DNA of 33,164 nucleotides from a virus (Duplodnaviria; Heunggongvirae; Uroviricota; Caudoviricetes): IMG/VR virus record IMGVR_UViG_2534681774_000032, positions 1 to 33,164 of that record; one strand, 5' to 3'. Shown piece by piece: positions 26,779 to 33,164 of this stretch (position 1 is its first letter; each line of letters starts with the position of its first letter). The notes under the pieces were generated by a model. It saw only the letters and a program-made list of their open reading frames with translations, ran no database searches and was not told where the DNA came from. The position numbers and the translations under genes were made by a program.

Positions 26779-28747
26779 ATCCTGGTTCAGGATGCAGGCG
26801 GGTGGTCAGGGTGAGGCGGATATTTATATTTATGACGAGATTGGTTTCTGGGGAGTTACCGCGAAGCAGTTTGTCAGCGATATGAATGCCCTGGGTGATA
26901 TCACCCACATTAATCTCCACATCAACTCACCGGGTGGCGATGTCTTTGAAGGCATCGCCATTTTTAATGCCCTGAAAAATCACGGTGCGGCCATTACCGT
27001 GTATGTGGATGGCGTTGCCGCCTCGATGGCATCCCTGATTGCGATGGCCGGTGACACGGTCATTATGCCGGAAAATGCCTTCATGATGATCCATAAACCC
27101 TGGGGGATCAGCGGTGGTGATGCGGAGAAAATGCGCACTTATGCCGAACGTCTGGACAAACTTGAGTCGGTTATGGTGCCGGTATATGCGCAGAAAACCG
27201 GAAAAACTACCGATGAAATTGCCGCCATGCTGGCGGATGAGACCTGGATGTCCGGTGCCGAGTGTCTGGCACACGGATTTGCAGACCAGGTGACGCCAGC
27301 CGTTAAGGCAATGGCATGTATTCAGTCAAAACGTACAGAGGAATTTAAAAAGATGCCGGAATCCATCCGAAATATGATCACGCAGCCATACAACAGTGCC
27401 CCGCGTGATACCACAGTGACAATCCCTGCACCGGCGGTAACAGAACCATCACCGGTACCGGCAGTGTCTGATGAGGCGACCATTCGCGCCCGCGTTATGG
27501 CAGAACAGAAAGCCCGCATGTCAGGCATTAACGATCTGTTTGCCATGTTCGGCGGTCGCTATCAGACGCTTCAGGCACAGTGCGTGGCTGATCCTGACTG
27601 TTCGCTGGAAATGGCCCGTGAACGTCTGCTGAATGAAATGGGCAAGGAGTCCTCGCCGACCAACAAAAATACACCGGCTCATATTTATGCCGGAAACGGC
27701 AATTTTGTGGGGGACGGGATCCGCCAGGCGATGCTGGCCCGTGCCGGATTTGAAAATGTCGAGAAGGATAACGCCTATAACGGGATGACCCTGCGTGAAT
27801 GGGCTCGCATGTCACTGACGGAGCGCGGTATTGGGGTGGCCAGTTATAACCCCATGCAGATGGTCGGGCTGGCGCTGACGCACAGCACCTCTGATTTTGG
27901 CAATATTCTGCTGGATGTGTCGAACAAGGGGCTGATCCAGGGCTGGGAGGAATCAGAAGAAACCTTCCAGAAGTGGACCCGTAAGGGACGCCTGTCAGAC
28001 TTCAAAACAGCGTATCGCGTGGGGATGGGCGGTTTTGGTTCTCTGCGCCAGGTTCGTGAGGGGGCGGAGTATAAATACATCACCACCTCAGATCGCAAGG
28101 AGACCATTGCACTGGCCACTTACGGGGAGATTTTCTCCATCACCCGCCAGGCCATTATCAATGATGATCTGAATATGCTGGTGGACGTGCCGATGAAGAT
28201 GGGGCGTGCGGCGAAGGCAACGATTGGTGACCTGGTTTACAAGGTGCTGACGGATAACCCGAAACTGTCAGACGGTAAGGCGCTGTTCCATGCCGATCAC
28301 AAAAATATTGCCACCGGTGGGATTTCCGTTTCCGGACTGGATGCGGCCCGTCAGATGATGCGCCTGCAGAAAGAAGGCGATCGCGCCCTGAATATCCGTC
28401 CGGCCTTTATGCTGGTACCGGTGGCACTGGAGACGGTGGCGAACCAGACCATCAAATCGGCCAGTGTGAAAGGGGCGGATGCAAACGCCGGTGTCATTAA
28501 CCCCATCCAGAACTTTGCTGAGGTGATTGCAGAAGCGCGTCTTGATGCGGCAGATCCGAAAACCTGGTATCTGGCGGCGGCACAGGGCACTGACACCATT
28601 GAAGTGGCCTGGCTGGATGGTGTGGACACGCCATACATTGATCAGCAGGAAGGTTTCACCACTGACGGCATTGCCACAAAAATCCGTATTGATGCCGGAG
28701 TGGCACCACTTGACTGGCGCGGGCTGGTGCGTTCGTCGGTGGCCTGA
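26768..28747 (+). CDS. Prohead protease (ClpP-like serine protease) fused to major capsid protein
   Basis: Start at internal ATG 26768 (MKNKSWFRMQ...), overlapping the portal stop by 11 nt; N-terminal ClpP/S14-like INSPGGDVFEGIAIFNAL...ASMASLIAMAG...MMIHKPWG; C-terminal about 350 aa capsid-like. Confidence 0.75.
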   Translation: MKNKSWFRMQAGGQGEADIYIYDEIGFWGVTAKQFVSDMNALGDITHINLHINSPGGDVFEGIAIFNALKNHGAAITVYVDGVAASMASLIAMAGDTVIMPENAFMMIHKPWGISGGDAEKMRTYAERLDKLESVMVPVYAQKTGKTTDEIAAMLADETWMSGAECLAHGFADQVTPAVKAMACIQSKRTEEFKKMPESIRNMITQPYNSAPRDTTVTIPAPAVTEPSPVPAVSDEATIRARVMAEQKARMSGINDLFAMFGGRYQTLQAQCVADPDCSLEMARERLLNEMGKESSPTNKNTPAHIYAGNGNFVGDGIRQAMLARAGFENVEKDNAYNGMTLREWARMSLTERGIGVASYNPMQMVGLALTHSTSDFGNILLDVSNKGLIQGWEESEETFQKWTRKGRLSDFKTAYRVGMGGFGSLRQVREGAEYKYITTSDRKETIALATYGEIFSITRQAIINDDLNMLVDVPMKMGRAAKATIGDLVYKVLTDNPKLSDGKALFHADHKNIATGGISVSGLDAARQMMRLQKEGDRALNIRPAFMLVPVALETVANQTIKSASVKGADANAGVINPIQNFAEVIAEARLDAADPKTWYLAAAQGTDTIEVAWLDGVDTPYIDQQEGFTTDGIATKIRIDAGVAPLDWRGLVRSSVA

Positions 28748-28834
28748 TAACCGAGTTATCACAATCACTGCCCGAAAGGGCTTTTTTTATGCCTGAAAAA
28801 CAGCCCCACAGGGGCTGTCCGGAGAAACAGCATT

Positions 28835-29161
28835 ATGGCGAAAAATTTTGTACAGGACGGTACCACCATTGAACTGGTGAATGCCGGAGATCAGACCATC
28901 CTGAGCGGTGCTGCGGTGGTGGTCGGCAGTATGGTGGCCGTGGCCATTACAGATATTCCTGCCGGTGATGCCGGTGACGGTTTTGCCGAAGGCGTGTTCC
29001 TTCTGCCCAAACAGTCTGCTGACGACATTCAGTCCGGCGCGGTGGTTTATCTGAAGGACGGGGTTGTGCAGCTGGCTGCAGAGGGTGCGGTGGCCGCGGG
29101 GGTAGCCTGGGAAAATGCTCCTGCAAACAGCGCCACTGTGGCGGTAAAAATCAATGTCTGA
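28835..29161 (+). CDS. Small head protein (decoration or head-completion, DUF2190-like)
   Basis: 108-aa Gly/Ala/Val-rich ORF right after the capsid gene. Confidence 0.45.
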   Translation: MAKNFVQDGTTIELVNAGDQTILSGAAVVVGSMVAVAITDIPAGDAGDGFAEGVFLLPKQSADDIQSGAVVYLKDGVVQLAAEGAVAAGVAWENAPANSATVAVKINV

Positions 29162-29435
29162 TCTGTTTACGCGAATGTGTTGCCGGATGGACGGGGCGAC
29201 CGTTCGGGTGATGGGCAAACAGGCGGAGATTAACGGCGTCGTGTATGACGTGATGCCGGAGGAAGAGTCCGCGGAGATGGGGGCGCTTTCGGGCAGCCAG
29301 TTGTCACTGGTGGTGTTTTCAGCCCGGTACCGTCCGGCCCGTCATGATGTTGTTGTGTTTGCGGGGCGCACACTGACGGTGACCCGTTATGACACGTACA
29401 ACGGTAAACCCCGGATTTTTGTCGAACAGGAATGA
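29154..29435 (+). CDS. Head-tail connector / head-completion protein (FII-like position)
   Basis: 93-aa ORF overlapping neighbours by 4-8 nt in the structural operon. Confidence 0.45.
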   Translation: MSDLFTRMCCRMDGATVRVMGKQAEINGVVYDVMPEEESAEMGALSGSQLSLVVFSARYRPARHDVVVFAGRTLTVTRYDTYNGKPRIFVEQE

Positions 29436-30061
29436 GTATGGCAATAAAAGGTCTGGCGCAGGCCATGAAAAATCTGGATGCAATTGACCGCCGTGCCGTT
29501 CCCCGGGCTGCCGCCACGACACTTAACCGTGTGGCGGAGTCCATCATCGCGAAAACGGCCTCTTCGGTTGCCAGGGAGCTGGCGGTTCCGCGCCGTCTCA
29601 TCCGTGAGCGTATCCGCCTGCAACGGGCTAGCGCAGACAGGATTTATGCGAAGGTCATCATCAACACCGGTAATCTGCCCGCCATAAAACTGGGGACGGC
29701 CAGCGTGCGGCTTTCCCGCAGAAAGCGACGAAAGAAAGGCGAGCGTTCGGTCAAGAAAGGGGGCGGCAGTGTGCTGATTGTGGGGAAAAGACGGATCCCG
29801 GACGCCTTTATCACCCGGCTGGCTAACGGACGCTGGCATGTGATGCAGCGTATGCCGTGGGCACCATCGTCCACCGGTGCTGACAGCAAAGGGAGGCCGA
29901 AACGCTACCGTCTGCCGATTGAAGTGGTGAAAATTCCGACTGCCGGACCGCTGGCAGAAACTTTTGAACGTGAACGGGACCGGATGTACCGGGAAAAATT
30001 ACCGGCGCAGATGATGAAAGCCATGACGCATCAGTTACGCCTGGTGCTGAAAAGAAAATGA
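29432..30061 (+). CDS. Minor tail protein Z-like (tail completion)
   Basis: 209-aa basic protein in the lambda Z position before the U-like gene. Confidence 0.55.
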   Translation: MSMAIKGLAQAMKNLDAIDRRAVPRAAATTLNRVAESIIAKTASSVARELAVPRRLIRERIRLQRASADRIYAKVIINTGNLPAIKLGTASVRLSRRKRRKKGERSVKKGGGSVLIVGKRRIPDAFITRLANGRWHVMQRMPWAPSSTGADSKGRPKRYRLPIEVVKIPTAGPLAETFERERDRMYREKLPAQMMKAMTHQLRLVLKRK

Positions 30062-30073
30062 CAGGGAGGGTGT

Positions 30074-30472
30074 ATGAAACACCGTGAAATACGGACGGCA
30101 GTTCTGTCTGCCCTGAAAGACAATATTTCTGAGCGGGTGAGCTGGTTTGACGGCCGCCCGGTTTTTATTGATGAACAGGAACTGCCTGCTGTTGCTGTTT
30201 ACCTGACTGATGCGTCTGCTGCTGACGAGTTCGTTGATGAGGGGACCTGGGAGGCGACACTGCATATTGAAGTTTTTCTCAGGGCAAAAGAACCGGACTC
30301 GGCACTGGATATGTGGATGGAAGAGAAAATCCTTCCTGCGCTGGAGGCGGTTCCCGGCCTCAGTGCGTTACTGCTGAAGATGAATCTTCAGGGGTATGAC
30401 TACCGCCGGGATGATGAGTTTATGATGTGGGGATCGGCAGATCTCCTGTGGAAAATTACCTACGAGATGTGA
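30074..30472 (+). CDS. U: Tail terminator protein (lambda gpU)
   Basis: [14 protein letters not shown]...[23 protein letters not shown]...LHIEVFL...[10 protein letters not shown]...ITYEM closely parallels lambda U. Confidence 0.85.
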   Translation: MKHREIRTAVLSALKDNISERVSWFDGRPVFIDEQELPAVAVYLTDASAADEFVDEGTWEATLHIEVFLRAKEPDSALDMWMEEKILPALEAVPGLSALLLKMNLQGYDYRRDDEFMMWGSADLLWKITYEM

Positions 30473-30479
30473 GGACGAT

Positions 30480-31226
30480 ATGGCAATACCAAATCCTCTT
30501 GAGCCGGTGAAAGGTTCCGGCACCACACTATGGGTGTACACCGGCAAGGATGATGCTTATGCCAACCCGTTGTCAGATGATGACTGGCAGCGACTGGCTA
30601 AGGTGAAGGATCTGACGCCGGGCGAGATGACGGCAGAATCCTACGATGATAACTACCTGGATGATGAAGACGCGGACTGGAGCGCGACCGGGCAGGGACA
30701 GAAATCTGCAGGTGATACCAGTTTTACACTGGCCTGGAAACCGGGAGAGGAAGGCCAGAAAGGGCTTATAGGCTGGTTTGAAAGCGGCGATGTCCGGGCC
30801 TATAAAATCCGTTTTCCGAATGGCACGGTGGATGTGTTTCGTGGCTGGGTCAGCAGTATCGGTAAGGCCGTGACGGCGAAAGAAGTGATCACCCGCACGG
30901 TGAAAGTCACTAACGTGGGTAAACCTTCTGTAGCGGAAGAACGCAGCAAAATTACGCCGGTCACTGCGATTAAGGTAACGCCGACAGGTACGGTTGAAAA
31001 AGGGAAAACAACCACCCTGACCGTTACTGTGGAACCGGAAAATGCAACGGATAAGACATTCAGGGCGATTTCCGCCGATCCATCAAAAGCCACCATTAGC
31101 GTGAAAGATATGACGATTACTGTGACGGGGGTTAAGGATGGAAAAGTCAGCATCCCTGTGATTTCCGGTAATGGTCAGTTTGCTGCGGTGGCTGAAATTA
31201 CCGTTAATAATGTGCCGGGTGGCTAA
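30480..31226 (+). CDS. V: Major tail protein (lambda gpV) with C-terminal Ig-like domain
   Basis: 248-aa ORF; N-terminal tail-tube domain, C-terminal Thr/Val-rich Ig-like (Big_2-type) segment. Confidence 0.85.
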   Translation: MAIPNPLEPVKGSGTTLWVYTGKDDAYANPLSDDDWQRLAKVKDLTPGEMTAESYDDNYLDDEDADWSATGQGQKSAGDTSFTLAWKPGEEGQKGLIGWFESGDVRAYKIRFPNGTVDVFRGWVSSIGKAVTAKEVITRTVKVTNVGKPSVAEERSKITPVTAIKVTPTGTVEKGKTTTLTVTVEPENATDKTFRAISADPSKATISVKDMTITVTGVKDGKVSIPVISGNGQFAAVAEITVNNVPGG

Positions 31227-31244
31227 AGAGCTGAGAGATAAGCG

Positions 31245-31676
31245 ATGTTCCTGAAAACAGAACAATTTGAATATAACGGTGTATCCGTCACGCTTTCTGA
31301 GCTGTCTGCGCTGCAGCGTATTGAGCATCTTGCCCTCCTGAAACGGCGGGCAGAAGAGGCTGAAGCCAGCGGCAACCTGCAGGTGAGTGTGGAAGATCTT
31401 GTCAGAACCGGCGCGTTTCTGGTGGCGATGTCCCTGTGGCATAACCATCCACAGAAAACGCAGTCACCGTCAATGAATGAGGCCGTGATGAAGATAGAGC
31501 AGGAAGTGCTCACCACCTGGCCTGCCGATGCCATTGCCCGGGCGGAAGACGTGGTGTTGTGCCTGTCCGGGATGATCGAAGCTGTTCGTCCGGATACTGA
31601 TATTACTGAAGTGGCGAAAAATAACACGCTGACTGATGATGATTTTTCTGCGGGAAAGTCTTCGACGGTGAGCTGA
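31245..31676 (+). CDS. G: Tail assembly chaperone G
   Basis: 143-aa ORF ending just after the GGGAAAG slippery heptamer. Confidence 0.8.
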   Translation: MFLKTEQFEYNGVSVTLSELSALQRIEHLALLKRRAEEAEASGNLQVSVEDLVRTGAFLVAMSLWHNHPQKTQSPSMNEAVMKIEQEVLTTWPADAIARAEDVVLCLSGMIEAVRPDTDITEVAKNNTLTDDDFSAGKSSTVS

Positions 31677-32107
31677 ACTTTGCCCTCAGACTGGCGCGTG
31701 AGATGGGGAGACCCGACTGGCGCGCCATGCTTGCCGGGATGACATCCACCGAATATGCCGACTGGCACCGTTTTTACCGCACGCATTATTTTCAGGATAC
31801 CCAGCTGGATATGCATTTTTCCGGGCTGACGTACGCTGTACTCAGCCTGTTTTTTTGCGATCCGGATATGCATCCCTCTGATTTCAGTCTGCTGGCACCC
31901 CGACGTGATGATGAGCAGACGGAGATGCCGGATGAGGACGATATGCTGATGCGGAAAGCGGCAGGTCTTTCTGGTGGTGTCCGCTTTGGGGCTGACGGGA
32001 AGGAAATCGTTATGGTCAGTGATGACATGCGGAGCAGTACAGAGGATGAAGCCATGCTGATGATGGTGTCTGAGGGAATTCCAGGAGGTGTACGCTATGG
32101 CGGGTAA
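31245..32107 (+). CDS. Tail assembly chaperone GT fusion produced by programmed -1 frameshift at G GGA AAG (31652-31658)
   Basis: Canonical lambda G/T slippery heptamer GGGAAAG at the G C-terminus; -1 frame stays open and continues as ORF 31703..32107, which has no credible independent start. Confidence 0.7.
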
Positions 32108-33164
32108 TTTTGCCGATCTGACAGCTGTTCTTACACTGGATTCAACCCGTTTTTCTGAAGAGGCTGCACGGGTAAAGAAAGAACTGGGTGAAGCCAGTGA
32201 CCTTGCGGATTTGATGGCCGTGCGTGTCAGCCAGTCTTTTAAGAAACAGGCCGCTGCTGTTGAGCAGGGGCTGAGCCGTCAGGCGCTGGCTGCACAAAAA
32301 GCCGGGATTTCCGTCGGGCAGTATAAAGCGGCCATGCGTACGCTACCCATGCAGTTCACCGACGTGACCACGCAGCTTGCCGGTGGTCAGAATCCCTGGC
32401 TAATTCTGCTGCAACAGGGCGGGCAGATTAAGGACTCGTTCGGTGGGATGATCCCCATGTTCCGGGGACTGGCTGGGGCCGTCTCGCTGCCTGCTGTCGG
32501 AATTGGTGCGCTTGCTGCTGCCACGGGGGTGCTGGCGTATGCCTGGTACCGGGGCGACGCCACGCTTTCAGAATTTAATAAAACGCTGGTTCTTTCCGGT
32601 AATCAGTCCGGACTGACTGCCGATCGCATGCTGACGCTCTCCAGAGCCGGACAGGCCGCGGGGCTGACGTTTAACCAGGCGAGAGAGTCACTGGCAGCCA
32701 TGGTGAATGCCGGTGTGCGTGGTGGTGAACAGTTTGATGCCATCAACCAGAGTGTCGCGCGTTTTGCTTCTGCATCCGACGTGGAGGTGGACAAGGTTGC
32801 AGAGGCTTTCGGAAAACTGACCACTGACCCGACGTCGGGGCTGATTGCGATGGCGAAGCTGTTCCATAACGTGACGGCAGAGCAGATTGCGTATGTTGCA
32901 CAGTTACAGCGTTCCGGTGATGAGGCCGGGGCATTGCAGGCGGCGAACGATATTGCCACGAAAGGCTTTGATGAGCAGACCCGTCGCCTGAAAGAAAACA
33001 TGGGGACGCTGGAGACCTGGGCGGATAAAACAGGGAAGGCGTTCAAATCGATGTGGGATGCCATCCTGGATATCGGTCGTCCGGAATCCTCAGCGGATAT
33101 GCTCGCCAGTGCGCAGAAGGCATTTGATGAGGCGGATAAAAATGGCAGTGGTACCAGAGCCGGA
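32097..33164 (+). CDS. Tail tape-measure protein (lambda gpH-like), 5' part only; continues beyond the window
   Basis: ATG 32097 with RBS AGGAGG overlaps the GT stop; open frame to the window end with Ala/Gln-rich coiled-coil composition. Confidence 0.85.
   Translation, partial: MAGNFADLTAVLTLDSTRFSEEAARVKKELGEASDLADLMAVRVSQSFKKQAAAVEQGLSRQALAAQKAGISVGQYKAAMRTLPMQFTDVTTQLAGGQNPWLILLQQGGQIKDSFGGMIPMFRGLAGAVSLPAVGIGALAAATGVLAYAWYRGDATLSEFNKTLVLSGNQSGLTADRMLTLSRAGQAAGLTFNQARESLAAMVNAGVRGGEQFDAINQSVARFASASDVEVDKVAEAFGKLTTDPTSGLIAMAKLFHNVTAEQIAYVAQLQRSGDEAGALQAANDIATKGFDEQTRRLKENMGTLETWADKTGKAFKSMWDAILDIGRPESSADMLASAQKAFDEADKNGSGTRAG

Noticed and set aside
32603-33064. 153-aa minus-strand ORF
   Set aside because: Antisense to the tape-measure gene, which is open on the plus strand to the window end; Ala/Ser-rich translation mirrors the sense-strand composition

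Overview
This window reads as most of a lambdoid prophage of the E. coli Qin/Stx-phage type (assigned from gene order and remembered protein sequences, no database search was possible). Left to right: integrase and excisionase (minus strand, int ends at position 1), a RecE-like exonuclease, a leftward early operon with dicB-like and DicF-like elements, a DicA/DicC-type immunity switch with palindromic operators on both sides of the repressor gene, a replication initiator carrying origin iterons, an AT-rich cargo island encoding a stand-alone SIR2-like protein, a Hok-family toxin, a DUF968/HNH protein, rusA, a Q-like antiterminator, a DNA methyltransferase, three tRNAs (Ile-CAU, Arg-UCG, Arg-UCU), a nanS-p-type esterase directly after the tRNAs (no stx genes), a pinholin / SAR-endolysin / Rz / Rz1 lysis cassette, and a lambda-like packaging, head and tail module running to a tape-measure gene cut by the window end. 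The large terminase gene is split by a complete IS66-family element with an 8-bp target duplication, so the prophage is probably packaging-defective. The most interesting candidate for an undescribed system is the AT-rich island at about 8.1-9.7 kb: a 343-aa SIR2-like protein plus a 29-codon hydrophobic peptide next to the Hok toxin. A second candidate is a tandem set of four small hydrophobic ORFs inside the lysis cassette.
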